Shown: positions 40,007 to 50,746, numbered from the stretch's first letter. The stretch: DNA of 64,000 nt from Candidatus Bathyarchaeota archaeon (GCA_963707955.1 OY970176.1:1664001-1728000), one strand, 5' to 3'. Program-made: numbers and translations. Notes: a model not told the origin generated them from the sequence alone.

Positions 40007-41179
40007 CTATTGCTTCTTCAGAGACTTCTCTATGCGGTCTAAGGCTTTCTTGATGTTTTCAATCGAGTTTGCAAAGGATATGCGCAGGTAGCCCTCGCCG
40101 AACTTGCCGAAAGACGTTCCGGGCAACACTGCCACGCCTGCGTTGTAGAGCAGGTGATCCCCGAGCTTGCGACTGTCCATCCCTGTTCCAGTTATGTTCG
40201 GAAACACGTAGAAAGCTCCGTGAGGCTTCTTGCAAGTTATTCCTTTTATGTCGTTCAGGCCCTTGACTATGACTTCTCTTCTCTTCTTGAACTCCTCGAC
40301 CATTCTTTCCGGTTCTTTCTGAGATCCGGTTAAGGCTTCAACTCCCGCAAGCTGAGTGAACGTGGCAGTGCACGAGTTTGAGTTAGTCATGAGCTGCGCG
40401 ACTTTTTCGGCCAGGTCCTTTCTCATGACGCCGTAGCCGAGTCTCCATCCCGTCATGGCATAAGTTTTTGAGAAACCGTCCAGCAGGATCGTCTTGTCCT
40501 TCATCCCTGAGAATTGGGTTATGCTTTCGTGTTTGCCCTCGTAGATTATCCTGCTGTAGATCTCGTCTGAGAGCACAAAAACATCGTCTCTGTCTTTTAT
40601 GCAGTCGGCAATGACCTTCAACTGCTCCTTCGTGACGACTCCGCCGGTTGGGTTTTCTGGAGAGTTGAGGATTATCATTTTCGTCTTCTTCGTTACGTGT
40701 TTCTTTACATATTCTGGGTCAAGGCCGAACTCGTTTTCCTCTTTGAGGGGTATGGGCACGGCTTTTGCGCCGACAAAGTTTATCATAGACTCGTAGATTG
40801 GGAAACCTGGATTCGGGTACAGTACCTCGTCGCCGGGGTTTACCAGCGCCAGGATGCTGAAGAACATTATCGGCTTGCCGCCAGGTGTGACGACCACTTC
40901 TTCTGGCTTGACTTCCAGTTTTCTGGTTTTAGAAATGTAGTCTGCAATGGCCTGTCTCAGTTCTGGGATACCTGCAGACGGTGTGTAGTGAGTGTAGCCT
41001 GCGCTGAGGGCTTTTGTCGCGGCGTCTTTGATGTTTTTCGGTGTGTCAAAGTCTGGTTCACCTATCTCCAAGTGCACGACGTCCTTTCCCTGCTTTTCAA
41101 GTGCCTTGGCCTTTGCAAGAACTTCGAACGCTGTTTCTGTTCCTAGAGTTTTCATCCTATCTGCGAAGATAGAGCTCAC
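40007..41179 (-). CDS. class I/II PLP aminotransferase (aspartate aminotransferase-like)
   Basis: GEPDFDTP, NSPENPTG, SDEIY, GFSKTYAMTGWRLGY. Confidence 0.95.
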   Translation of the reverse strand: MSSIFADRMKTLGTETAFEVLAKAKALEKQGKDVVHLEIGEPDFDTPKNIKDAATKALSAGYTHYTPSAGIPELRQAIADYISKTRKLEVKPEEVVVTPGGKPIMFFSILALVNPGDEVLYPNPGFPIYESMINFVGAKAVPIPLKEENEFGLDPEYVKKHVTKKTKMIILNSPENPTGGVVTKEQLKVIADCIKDRDDVFVLSDEIYSRIIYEGKHESITQFSGMKDKTILLDGFSKTYAMTGWRLGYGVMRKDLAEKVAQLMTNSNSCTATFTQLAGVEALTGSQKEPERMVEEFKKRREVIVKGLNDIKGITCKKPHGAFYVFPNITGTGMDSRKLGDHLLYNAGVAVLPGTSFGKFGEGYLRISFANSIENIKKALDRIEKSLKKQ

Positions 41180-41365
41180 TCAAATCACCTAGTTTTGAAG
41201 GGAAATAATCGTAGAAGAGGATGAGTATTTAACCATTTTACTTTCCCTGCTTCAAATTCATGATTCGACTCTGCATCGTAGCTTCGAAAAAGCGATGAAA
41301 AAATTAAAGAAAGGTGTGGAAAAGGGTTGATTCGAGGTGTTGCTGAGCTTGTTTGCATGCGATGC

Positions 41366-42367
41366 CTAGAATTGTCTTGTCAGTGGCCGAGTTTTCATTA
41401 CGTCTGGGTTGATCAGGTTCGGTGGTTTCTTTCCTTCGAAGAACGCGACTAGGTTTTCTGCGACCATTTCGGCCATTCTGGAGCGGGTTTCGAGGCTTGC
41501 GCTTGATATGTGTGGGGCTAAGACGACGTTGTCTAGCTTGAGCAACGAGCTGTCGACCGGTATGGGTTCTTGTTCGAAAACGTCCAGTGCTGCGCCGGCA
41601 ATCCAACCCTCTTTTAATGCTTTGTACAATGCCTTCTCGTCTACGACTGGCCCTCGTGAATTGTTTATCAGATAAGCTGTTTTCTTCATCAGTCTGAGCT
41701 TCTGCTCGTTTATCAGATGATGCGTCTCTTTCATCAGCGGGACATGGATGCTGACGAAGTCCGACTGTTTCAGCAGTGTGTCGAGGTCGGCTTTCTTCGC
41801 TCCAAGCTTCTCTATCTCTGGTCTTGGCACAACATCGTAAAACAGGATTTTCATGTCGAATCCTGTTGCTCGTTTGGCCACAGCGTAGCCGATTCTTCCC
41901 GCGCCCACAACGCCGATGGTCGTGCCGTACACGTCTCTGCCCGCCATCATGTTGGGGTGCCATCCGACCTTCCATTGCCCAGTGCGAACGTACTTATCTG
42001 CTTCAGCCACTCTTCTGGCGACCGCCAGTAGCAAGGCCCAAGCGAAGTCTGCAGTCGTGTCGGTCAGGACTTCCGGCGTGTTCGTCACGTAAATTCCTCT
42101 TTTCGTAGCTTCAGGGACGTCTATGTTGTCAAAGCCCACGGCTAATTGAGAAACGATCTTCAGTTTTGGTGCCGCATCAAAGACTTCAGCGTCTATCTTA
42201 TCGGACAGAAGCGTGGCAAGTGCGTCCACGGTTTTTGCCTTCTCTATTATTGTTTTCTTCGGCGGTGGAGCGTACTCAGGCCAGACTTCGGTGTCGAAGT
42301 GCTGTCTTATTATTTTCAGGCCTCTTTCACCGATATCCCGCGTAACGTAAATCTTCGGTTTTGCCAT
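41366..42367 (-). CDS. gyaR: glyoxylate reductase / D-2-hydroxyacid dehydrogenase
   Basis: AVGFDNID, TNTPEVLTDTTAD, GAGRIG, NNSRGPVVDE, LDVFEQEP, PHISSAS. Confidence 0.9.
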   Translation of the reverse strand: MAKPKIYVTRDIGERGLKIIRQHFDTEVWPEYAPPPKKTIIEKAKTVDALATLLSDKIDAEVFDAAPKLKIVSQLAVGFDNIDVPEATKRGIYVTNTPEVLTDTTADFAWALLLAVARRVAEADKYVRTGQWKVGWHPNMMAGRDVYGTTIGVVGAGRIGYAVAKRATGFDMKILFYDVVPRPEIEKLGAKKADLDTLLKQSDFVSIHVPLMKETHHLINEQKLRLMKKTAYLINNSRGPVVDEKALYKALKEGWIAGAALDVFEQEPIPVDSSLLKLDNVVLAPHISSASLETRSRMAEMVAENLVAFFEGKKPPNLINPDVMKTRPLTRQF

Positions 42368-42463
42368 GTAATTCACCATGCAAATGTTTGCGCAATTCTT
42401 TATTAGAGTTGACTTATTACACTTACGCAATCGTCTTTGAGGAAGGTCCGAGGAACTGCAGAG

Positions 42464-43840
42464 ATGGTGGCAATAAGGAATAAGGAACAGTTGGTCAAAA
42501 ACGGCGAGACCACGCTTGACAGAAGAGCGAGGGAGCTAGCCCTCGGAAGCCTCGAAGCCGCGTTGAACGCCGTCGACCCTAAACAGATAATAGAATCAAA
42601 AGTAGTTCTGAAAGACTGCACTCTGAAAGTTGATGACTATTCCTTTGATGTGAGAGAGTTCAAGAACATCTACGTCATAGGCGGCGGAAAAGCGAGTGGA
42701 TCCATGGCGGAAGCCTTGGAGCAGGTTCTGGACGCGCGCATAACGGACGGGCTTGTGAACGTTCTCCATGAAAGCAGAAACGAGACTAGAATCATAAAGC
42801 TTCACGGGGCAAATCACCCTGTTCCAGACGAGGCCGGAGTCGAAGGAACACGAAGGATGCTTGAGATAGCTGAAGGCGCAACCGCTGATGACCTGATCAT
42901 ATGTTTGATCTCAGGCGGAGGTTCAAGCCTGATGCCTCTGCCAAGGGGAGACGTCACGCTTGCGGACAAGAGACAGGTAACGGATGCACTGCTCAAGAGC
43001 GGCGCCACAATAAACGAGGTCAACACGGTTCGAAAGCACATTTCAGACTTCAAGGGTGGTTGGCTTGCGAAGAAAGCCTACCCAGCTACGATTTTGAATC
43101 TGATCCTTTCTGACGTCATAGGTGATCCGTTGGATTTCATCGCTTCAGGCCCGACTGTTCCGGACTCTACAACGTTCAGCGAGGCCATAGGAGTTCTGAA
43201 GAAGTACGATCTTTGGGCCAAGGCTCCGTCATCTGTAAGGAAGCTCTTGTCGGACGGGGAGAAGGGTCTAGTTCCTGAAACGCCGAAAGCCGGAGATGAG
43301 GCTTTCAAGAAGGTTTACAGTTTTGTTGTTGGGAACAACCGGTTCGCAACTCAAGCGGCCTGCGGAGGTTTGAAGTCTGCCGGTTTGAACACGTTGATGC
43401 TGACTGCTATGATGGAGGGGGAAGCCAGACAAGTAGGAATCGTGCTAGTTTCGATCGCACGTGAAGCTTCGGTTTCTGGAAACCCTGTTCCAAGGCCAGC
43501 GGGCATAGTTGCAGGAGGAGAAACAACGGTGTTCGTGGTTGGGAAGGGCATAGGAGGAAGAAACCAGGAGATTGCCTTAGCAGCAGCAATGAAGCTTGAA
43601 GGTTTGGACGGTGTGGCTGTGGCTTCCTTGAGCACGGACGGCGTTGACGGTCCGACGGATGCTGCTGGAGCAGTCGTCGACGGGCAATCGCTGGCTAAGG
43701 CAAAGGAGATCGGCCTAGCTCCTGAGAAGTTCTTGGCTGATAATGATTCGTACCATTTCTTTTCTAAGCTCGGCGACCTCATCTTCACAGGACCCACGGG
43801 CACAAACGTGAACGATGTTTCGGTAATGGTCATTCTGTAA
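42464..43840 (+). CDS. gck: glycerate 2-kinase (MOFRL family)
   Basis: GGGKAS, HPVPDE, LISGGGSSL, SDVIGD..IASGPT, GGETTV, GGRNQE, TGTNVND. Confidence 0.93.
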   Translation: MVAIRNKEQLVKNGETTLDRRARELALGSLEAALNAVDPKQIIESKVVLKDCTLKVDDYSFDVREFKNIYVIGGGKASGSMAEALEQVLDARITDGLVNVLHESRNETRIIKLHGANHPVPDEAGVEGTRRMLEIAEGATADDLIICLISGGGSSLMPLPRGDVTLADKRQVTDALLKSGATINEVNTVRKHISDFKGGWLAKKAYPATILNLILSDVIGDPLDFIASGPTVPDSTTFSEAIGVLKKYDLWAKAPSSVRKLLSDGEKGLVPETPKAGDEAFKKVYSFVVGNNRFATQAACGGLKSAGLNTLMLTAMMEGEARQVGIVLVSIAREASVSGNPVPRPAGIVAGGETTVFVVGKGIGGRNQEIALAAAMKLEGLDGVAVASLSTDGVDGPTDAAGAVVDGQSLAKAKEIGLAPEKFLADNDSYHFFSKLGDLIFTGPTGTNVNDVSVMVIL

Positions 43841-43857
43841 GAACGGGAAGGAAAGTT

Positions 43858-44145
43858 TTGATGGTTGTAAGTGTGAAGTTCGTCGGGTCTTTTCGAGGTA
43901 TCTCGGGCAAGGACAAGCTGACACTCAAGTTTGGACGGCCTGTTTCGCTTACGGCCTTGGTAAAGAAGACTGTTGAACAGCTGCCTAAACTCAGATCTTC
44001 TCTGATCGACCCTGAGTCTGGAGAGCCTAGAAGGAGCATGTTGGTGCTCGTGAATGGAAGGGAAATCAGTGTTTTGAACGGTTTGGAGACGCGTGTGAAA
44101 GATGAGGATGAAGTGGTTTTTGTTCCCGTCGTGCACGGAGGTTGA
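43858..44145 (+). CDS. MoaD/ThiS/SAMP ubiquitin-like protein
   Basis: LVNGREI..L.T..D.DEV..PVVHGG with C-terminal diglycine. Confidence 0.92.
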   Translation: MMVVSVKFVGSFRGISGKDKLTLKFGRPVSLTALVKKTVEQLPKLRSSLIDPESGEPRRSMLVLVNGREISVLNGLETRVKDEDEVVFVPVVHGG

Positions 44146-44151
44146 GCATGT

Positions 44152-44940
44152 TTGAGGCTCATTGCCGTTAAGACGCGTGTCGTTAAGACTGGAGATGACT
44201 TGGTCGAGTTGGTTCTTGAGTCTTTGAAGGCTCAAGGCTTGCAGCTGGAAGATAACGATGTGTTGGCGTTGACTTCAAAGGTTGTGTCCTGTTCGGAAGG
44301 ACGCATAGTTGAGTTAAGTGAGGTGAAACCTTCGGAAGAGGCCGAGAGACTGGCAAAGGAATATTCGTTGAAGCCAGAATTTGCCGAGCTGATCCTGCGA
44401 GAAGCAGACAGAGTCTACGGAGGGGTTGAGAGAGCCGTTTTGACGCTCAAGAACGGGGTTATGGCTGCCAACGCAGGCATAGACAACAAGAACGCGCCCT
44501 CTGATTACGCTGTCCTGTGGCCCAAGGACCCTGCGGCTTCTGCAAGAGAGGTCAGAGACCGAATCAAACACAGAACTGGCAGAGATGTCGCCGTTATGAT
44601 AGTTGACAGCGGTTTGGTTCCTCTCAGAATCGGAACAACCGGCTTGGCCTTGGCAGTTGCAGGCTTCAAACCGATAAGGGACAACAGAGGCTGCAAGGAC
44701 CTCTTCGGAAAGTCCATCGTGATCACGCGACAGGCAGTTGCGGATGATCTGGCTTCAGCAGCCCACTTGCTGATGGGCGAGGCAACTGAGAAAACTCCCC
44801 TAGTGCTGATCAAGGGCGCTCCTGTGGATTTTGATGATGGCGTTTACGGCTCCGCTGACATGATGATGCCCTTCAACGAATGCATATTCATGAACACCCT
44901 GGGGACGCAATCAGGCGTAAAGAGAAAGGCCAGAGCATGA
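44152..44940 (+). CDS. cofE: coenzyme F420-0:L-glutamate ligase
   Basis: GDDL, TSKVVS..EGR, ANAGID..N, DS..PLR.G, DLFG, ADDLASAAHLLMGEA. Confidence 0.88.
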   Translation: MRLIAVKTRVVKTGDDLVELVLESLKAQGLQLEDNDVLALTSKVVSCSEGRIVELSEVKPSEEAERLAKEYSLKPEFAELILREADRVYGGVERAVLTLKNGVMAANAGIDNKNAPSDYAVLWPKDPAASAREVRDRIKHRTGRDVAVMIVDSGLVPLRIGTTGLALAVAGFKPIRDNRGCKDLFGKSIVITRQAVADDLASAAHLLMGEATEKTPLVLIKGAPVDFDDGVYGSADMMMPFNECIFMNTLGTQSGVKRKARA

Positions 44941-45770
44941 TCGTTGCCCTTCATGAGGCTCCGAAAGGATTTTTCAAGACAAGCCCGCCGCACGGCAACG
45001 ACGAGCTCTTGAGGCTTGTGCGGAAAACAGCCCTGTTAGGTTTCAGGGCTATCGAAGTCGGCCCGCTTGCCGACTATCCGTCGATTGATAGTGGACTTTT
45101 GAAAGAAGTTCTTGACGAGCTGAACATGAGGAGAAGTGTGCATGTAGGAGGGCTGTTCGACGCTTCGAAGTTCGGTTCGTCCGAAGAAGAGTATGGTAGG
45201 ATGATGCACCAGGTGCGTCGTGGAGTTACGTTGGGCAGTGAGATAGGTGCAACTTTGGTGTCAGTTCACCCGCCGTTTTTTTCGATGGGAGACGAATCGG
45301 CCGAGTTGTGGTTGGAGGCGAGGGCACGTTTCTTGGGACTGCTAAAAGAGCAGGCGGAATTTGCACGTAGCAACAACATCAAGCTGGCTTTGGAATCATT
45401 CTGCTACAGGCCTTTCATCTTTGAAGGCTTGACTGATTTTGTTCGGTCTATTTCGGATTTTCCGTCGGAAGGACTCGGCGTTCTCTTGGACGCTGGGCAC
45501 TTGTACCAAGTTGGAATCAGCCTTTCCGAAGCGGTTCACATGTTTAAGGACAGACTTGTGGACGTTCACGTTCATGATGCTACGTTGGAGAAGGATTACC
45601 GAAAAGCGACTCACCTTCCACTCGGAAAGGGGAACATAGATTTTCGAAGTCTTGTCAAGTGTTTGCGAGAGGTTCATTATGATGGCTGGCTCACGTTGGA
45701 AATTCGGGCAAGTGAAGAGGAGATCGAGGAAAGCAGGAAGTATCTGGAAGGCTTACTCGCCGAGACGTGA
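44937..45770 (+). CDS. sugar phosphate isomerase/epimerase (AP endonuclease 2 TIM barrel)
   Basis: LALE, LDAGH, VHVHD, HLPLGKGNIDF, YDGWLTLE. Confidence 0.88.
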   Translation: MIVALHEAPKGFFKTSPPHGNDELLRLVRKTALLGFRAIEVGPLADYPSIDSGLLKEVLDELNMRRSVHVGGLFDASKFGSSEEEYGRMMHQVRRGVTLGSEIGATLVSVHPPFFSMGDESAELWLEARARFLGLLKEQAEFARSNNIKLALESFCYRPFIFEGLTDFVRSISDFPSEGLGVLLDAGHLYQVGISLSEAVHMFKDRLVDVHVHDATLEKDYRKATHLPLGKGNIDFRSLVKCLREVHYDGWLTLEIRASEEEIEESRKYLEGLLAET

Positions 45771-45820
45771 GCTTGTGGGGCATGGTCTAGTTCTTGTTTC
45801 GCTTTTTGTCAGAGGTTACA

Positions 45821-45876
45821 ACATTTCCTGTTGCGCGTTTTACCTCGTCTAACACACCCTACCCCCCTCCCCTAGG
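45821..45876 (-). repeat. G-rich dispersed repeat, copy 2
   Basis: Reverse complement CCTAGGGGAGGGGGGTAGGGTGTGTTAGACGAGGTAAAACGCGCAACAGGAAATGT resembles 22854-22910. Confidence 0.65.
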
Positions 45877-46084
45877 TTTATTCTCCAGACAGTGCTGTTG
45901 ATGCAGCTCTTGGCGGTCACTGGCGGAGTCTTTTCGCTCGTTGGGACACTTTTCTTAGCATAGAGTTCAGAACGCGCTCTCTCTATCGAATAGCTTGGCC
46001 CTGTTGCAAGAGCCACGCGCGAATCATGCGTAAAGGCTTTTAAGAAGTATGAATTGTGTGAAATATGCGAAAAGTGGAATAGCT

Positions 46085-46315
46085 ATGAGTTCACGTGACG
46101 AAGGTATGTCTATTTATGGAACCGTGAAAGTAGGCGACCAAGGCCAAGTCGTCATTCCGGTTAAGGCTCGAAAAGACTTCAACATAAAGCCAGGAGACCT
46201 GTTGCTCGTGGTGGCGGGCAAGAAGAGGCGCGGAATCACGATGGTCAAGGCAGACGCGATGAGGGAGTTCGCGTCAAGAGTCCTGAAAGGTCTAGAGCAG
46301 ACCGCAGACGAGTAA
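46085..46315 (+). CDS. AbrB/MazE/SpoVT DNA-binding protein
   Basis: YGTVKVGDQGQVVIPVKARKDFNIKPGD. Confidence 0.92.
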   Translation: MSSRDEGMSIYGTVKVGDQGQVVIPVKARKDFNIKPGDLLLVVAGKKRRGITMVKADAMREFASRVLKGLEQTADE

Positions 46316-46323
46316 CGAGCACC

Positions 46324-46809
46324 GTGTCCACGGGGCTGAATGTCATGTTCGAAAGGCGTGAACGGATGCAGAGATGGTTCAACGATGTCGTAGAGAAGTT
46401 TCGCCAGAAGGGAGCGGTGAGTCCTGACAAGGCGATGACGGCTGAGGAGCTCGGTCTTCCGCCGAGGTTCGAAGAGGCGATGAAGAGGCGTCTGGGTCGC
46501 TTAGGCGTCTTCGTGGAAGTGAACGGCAAGTACTATCTTTCAGAAGAAAGGTTGAAGCAAGTGGAAGAACTGCGATCTGCACGGGGCGGGGCATGGAATC
46601 AAGGAAGCAGAATTATGACGTTGAGACTGTTTCGGTTGGTCACTATTGTTCTCTTCGTCACTCTTTTCCTTGTGAACCTCTTCTTTCCGAGTTGGGAGCT
46701 GAGAGTAATATCCGCTGTTCTTTTGGTTGTTTGGCTAGTGATAACCATGCTGCAGATATACTTTCTCTCAAGGGTCCGAAAGAGGTACACTTCTCAACAG
46801 GTTAGCTAG
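46324..46809 (+). CDS. membrane protein (wHTH-like N-terminus, 2 TM)
   Basis: Follows the AbrB gene; two C-terminal hydrophobic helices. Confidence 0.7.
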   Translation: MSTGLNVMFERRERMQRWFNDVVEKFRQKGAVSPDKAMTAEELGLPPRFEEAMKRRLGRLGVFVEVNGKYYLSEERLKQVEELRSARGGAWNQGSRIMTLRLFRLVTIVLFVTLFLVNLFFPSWELRVISAVLLVVWLVITMLQIYFLSRVRKRYTSQQVS

Positions 46810-46999
46810 GCACGGGCGGCTATGCTGTGCTTTGCCCGTCGACGCAAGTCGTGCCATTCAACTGCACTCTGGTCTCTTTATGGAGCATAGAATCCGTCAC
46901 TTGTGACAAAGTATCTGCCAGCTTGAACCTCGCAGAGGGGAGAGAAAGCTCAAGACGACGATTATGCAGCAGTTCTCGAGGTGGGGTTGCAGCAGCTGT

Positions 47000-47717
47000 T
47001 CAACGCTTCCGTGGACTAGGCCATAGATTGGTTGATTTCAGAACTTTTGACAACGGAGCTCCGATGGACATCGCACCTAATGCGATGACAATTCGCTCTA
47101 CAGGATAAAGAACCGTGAGTGTTTGCCAAGTCGGCAACAGATTTGTCGCATTCGGTATCAAGGCTTCAAAGATTAATGACCCGGCAATCTGACCTGCGAG
47201 TGTGGACGTCAGGCATGTGATGAAAAATCCGAGGAGCAGTTTTAGGTTGCTTCCAGATTCTAGAGACCTTGCAGCCGCGGACTGCAGGGGCGAAACCAGA
47301 ACGATGAGGCCTGCTATCTGGAACCACAGTTCTAGGGGGAACAGCCATGCAGGTCCGACAATTGGATAGAACGCAAAAAGCAGTAGCAGAGAAAGGTAGG
47401 CAAGTATGCTGACTATTCTTTTTCCGCTTTTGACCATTCCGGCACAGAATGCTGCAGCAATGCCTGAGGCGAAGTCTCGGGTAGGAGAGGGCGCCAAGAA
47501 AAAACCCGATCGTTCCCCCTAGAAACGCGGATAGAGTTCCTACGTAGGGACCGAGCAGGATTCCGATGATCGGCGCTATGAATGCAGCGGCAGTGATTGC
47601 TTGCCCTGATAGGCCGATTATCGGGGAGATCTTTATGAATCCGAAAACAGCGTACAAAGCCGTGAAAGTCACCGTCAATGCAGTGTCTTTGGTCGTCAGT
47701 TTTCCGTAGTGCGTCAT
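47000..47717 (-). CDS. ECF transporter S-component-like membrane protein; frameshift near 47485
   Basis: ALTVTFTALYAV..SPIIG..APIIGILLGPYVG; C-terminal YPVERI; split ORFs. Confidence 0.75.
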
Positions 47718-47783
47718 TCTTGCAGTCCTTCGATGCTATTGCGTGGAAACTTAATTATTGGGTGTTGTTTATAAAAGAATGAC

Positions 47784-48578
47784 ATGGCTCGGCGCATAAT
47801 CACTCTAACGACTGATTTTGGCTTGAAGGACCCATACGTGGCAGAGATGAAAGCTGTCATTCTGAAAATATGCCTCGAGGCCATGATCGTGGACATATCT
47901 CATCAAGTCGAAAAATTCAACGTAAGGATGGGAGCATACGTCTTAGCGTCAGCATCTCCGTATTTTCCAGAAGGCACCATCAACGTTGCGGTTGTCGACC
48001 CTGGAGTCGGAACCAAGAGGCGTCCGCTGTGTATACAAACGGGACGCGGCTATTTCATTGGGCCAGACAACGGAGTACTTGTTCTGGCAGCGAAAGCCAA
48101 GGGGATAGAGCACGTTTACGAGTTAACGAACTCAAGGTTCATGATGCCAAACGTGTCCAACACGTTTCATGGAAGGGACATCTTCTCGCCAGCAGCAGCC
48201 CACCTAGCAAACGGAAAACTCCCGTCAGACCTTGGACGAGAAACAAGAAAGATAACGGTCCCTGAATTTGCGAAAGTCGTCAGGAGGAAGGCAGGGCTTG
48301 TTGGTGAGGTGATTCATGTGGACGACTTTGGAAACGTAATAACAAACATTGGAGAAAAAGAGCTTGCGCCGATGCGAACTATAAAGACTGTGAAGGTTAA
48401 GGTGAAAAACACTTGGTTTACATTGAGGCTCTGCAGGACCTACGGGGAAGTTGAGGCGCAGGAACCGCTAGCCCTGATTGGAAGTCACAATTTCCTCGAA
48501 CTCTCCATAAACCAAGGCAACGCATCAAAAGTGTTCAAGGTAAAGAATGGAGACAAGGTCATTCTTCATCCATCTTAA
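47784..48578 (+). CDS. SAM hydroxide adenosyltransferase (DUF62 / chlorinase-fluorinase family)
   Basis: ITLTTDFG.KDPYVAEMK, VVDPGVGT.R, GPDNG, TFHGRDIF, DDFGNVITN. Confidence 0.95.
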   Translation: MARRIITLTTDFGLKDPYVAEMKAVILKICLEAMIVDISHQVEKFNVRMGAYVLASASPYFPEGTINVAVVDPGVGTKRRPLCIQTGRGYFIGPDNGVLVLAAKAKGIEHVYELTNSRFMMPNVSNTFHGRDIFSPAAAHLANGKLPSDLGRETRKITVPEFAKVVRRKAGLVGEVIHVDDFGNVITNIGEKELAPMRTIKTVKVKVKNTWFTLRLCRTYGEVEAQEPLALIGSHNFLELSINQGNASKVFKVKNGDKVILHPS

Positions 48579-49015
48579 CCTCGGCCATCAGTCCCTAGAC
48601 GGTCGTTCGATATGTCGGTTTCTTGAATATGAGTGTCCATCACCTATTTCAACCGTGGAAATCCTGCTTTTAGGCTGAGATGAGAATGTGTTCTTGACCA
48701 GAGATGTTCGAGCAAATATACTTCAACGCTACCCAGACCTTGATACTTCTCTTTCTGTCTCTATTGTCTCTCATCGTAATCGCAGGCACGATCTGGGCGA
48801 GGACAAGGCACTGAGGCTTTTCAGAAATCGAGGAAAGGCTCCAAGAAAATAGCGCATGAGAGCGCTTTTTGTTGATCCTCACAAGACGAGGATAACAATT
48901 TGGAAGCCTCCAAGAAAGCATTTACCTCCTTGGATTTTTAAACGGGCGACACCTTGCGAGAGGATGGGCAATCATTCATAATCCATGAGAGTGCAAGGTC
49001 TCTTTATCGAATACC

Positions 49016-49561
49016 TTAGACTTTGTCGCTTTTGCTCAGGTCTTTGAGCCTGTTGATTCCGTCTATTCCTTTTATGAAAGCTGCCACGCTTTTGGGCACG
49101 AGTTTTTCCCAGTTTTCGTCCTTGATCATTCTCTCTCTGATCTCGGTCGAAGAGTATACCTTTCTGTCAAAGAAACGAATGGGCTTCACCTTATATCCAG
49201 CCTCCGTGAAGAGACGACGTGTCAACGGTTCGTTAGAATAGACAACGTCAAAGTGGGGAGTATAGCCCTCTAGGGAAGAGACCCACATCATGTGCAAGTG
49301 CACGTCCGGAACGGGCACGATCCAAACGCGTATATAATCTACTTCGCATTCTTCCAACGCCTCGCGAACCATAACCAGCCTTTCTCCTGCGGTAAACGGG
49401 TTGCTGAGGTTGTGGCTGTACTGCGCGCTGCCGATGACGATTACCAGTTCGTCAACCTCTTTCAGAACTTCCTTTATCGCGCTGAGGTGCCCCAGGTGAA
49501 AAGGTTGAAACCTTCCTACGTAAAGGCCTCGCTTGTCCATCCGGATCATCTTTTTCAACAT
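49016..49561 (-). CDS. nadM: nicotinamide-nucleotide adenylyltransferase
   Basis: GRFQPFHLGH, GSAQYSH..NPFTAGER, SSTEIR. Confidence 0.95.
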   Translation of the reverse strand: MLKKMIRMDKRGLYVGRFQPFHLGHLSAIKEVLKEVDELVIVIGSAQYSHNLSNPFTAGERLVMVREALEECEVDYIRVWIVPVPDVHLHMMWVSSLEGYTPHFDVVYSNEPLTRRLFTEAGYKVKPIRFFDRKVYSSTEIRERMIKDENWEKLVPKSVAAFIKGIDGINRLKDLSKSDKV

Positions 49562-49586
49562 GTTATCTGTCGAAGAGAATTAACAT

Positions 49587-50174
49587 TTATCCCTGCTCAG
49601 CTTTCCTGATCACAAGCTCGACTGGAAACACTCGCAATTTCTTGCCGTCCACTGGAATTTCGCGTTCAGCAGGATAGTCACGCCTTTCGCGCTTCAGAAA
49701 AGCAAGCTTGACGTCCAAGCCGCCTCCGTACCCACCCAGTGTGAAATCCGCTCTTACAACTCGATGGCACGGGCAGACCGGTGCAAAAGGGTTTGAAGCC
49801 ATGATCTGCCCGACAGCTCGGGGTCCTCCTCCGACGGCTTTGGCAACTTCACCGTACGTGGTTACGTAACCCGGCGGTACCTTGCAAACGGTTTCGATTA
49901 CTTTCTTAGTGTACTTTGGCAGATGCTCCTCGGCCAGGGAGAAGCCGTGAGAAACGTCTTTTCCTTCGTAAATCTCCTTCAACGCTTCGATCACAGAGTG
50001 GGCAAACTCGGTTTTCTTTGGGTTTTCCGCAGAAACATGAAAGGGGACACTTTCTCTCAATCCTCGTCGAGCATTGTTCTGAGTTGAGGCAAACGTTGTC
50101 GCGTAGACAGATTCTCCTTCAAGAGCGACTCCAAACCAGACATCTCCCACCTTCTCGGTGTAAAGGCTTACCAT
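49587..50174 (-). CDS. ogt: methylated-DNA--protein-cysteine methyltransferase
   Basis: VTTYG, PRAVG, NP..PCHRVV, LGGYGGG..K..L..E. Confidence 0.92.
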   Translation of the reverse strand: MVSLYTEKVGDVWFGVALEGESVYATTFASTQNNARRGLRESVPFHVSAENPKKTEFAHSVIEALKEIYEGKDVSHGFSLAEEHLPKYTKKVIETVCKVPPGYVTTYGEVAKAVGGGPRAVGQIMASNPFAPVCPCHRVVRADFTLGGYGGGLDVKLAFLKRERRDYPAEREIPVDGKKLRVFPVELVIRKAEQG

Positions 50175-50613
50175 GCTTGCTTCCTCTCGTAGAACTATCG
50201 CCGCATCAAGTTTTATTTCTTGCCCCCTCTTATTCACTCTTGCACACACACGCTCTATTAAGAAAACCTCACACACACTTGCCGAAGCGTCGTCATCCGC
50301 GCGCGGAAGGCAGATCAGGAATAGCATCATTCTCGCGGACAAATTTTTCAGCGGTAAAAAACGACGGGGTAGAGGAACGTTGCGGGCTCGCGTACCTTAC
50401 AATGTTCTGATGCACCGTATTTCTTAGCCCCTAGCGGTAGGCTCGTTTTGGTTGATCACACGAAAAAAGAATTATTTTTTTGTCGTTCAGCGCCGGCTTC
50501 TATGGTCACCGCAAACACGAACCCTACAATGGTCTCAGCAAAAAGGGGCCCCGCAGCTCTCGTGGTAAACGAGAACAGAAAAAACAGGGGATCGTCGGGA
50601 GAAGTCTCCACCT

Positions 50614-50621
50614 CTTTATCA
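50614..50621 (+). repeat. 8-bp target duplication CTTTATCA (copy 1 of 3; others 51696-51703 and 55963-55970)
   Basis: Identical 8-mer directly abutting GGTTCTGT / ACAGAACC termini at all three junctions. Confidence 0.9.
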
Positions 50622-50746
50622 GGTTCTGTTAACTCTTAGGCGCTTTTGAGTTTTACTGAGAGGTTTGTTAACCATCGGCGCTTTTGGCAGAGTACTGTTA
50701 AGTCCTTTGACCTAGTGGGATTTAATCGCTTTACATGACGACTTCT

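Noticed and set aside
50340-50613. Intergenic stretch with AAAA..GGGG runs and an AGAAGCCGGC-like motif (ORB boxes or RNase P RNA)
   Set aside because: Poor fit to the ORB consensus, no cdc6 nearby, and no RNase P 5' conserved region or room for the RNA.
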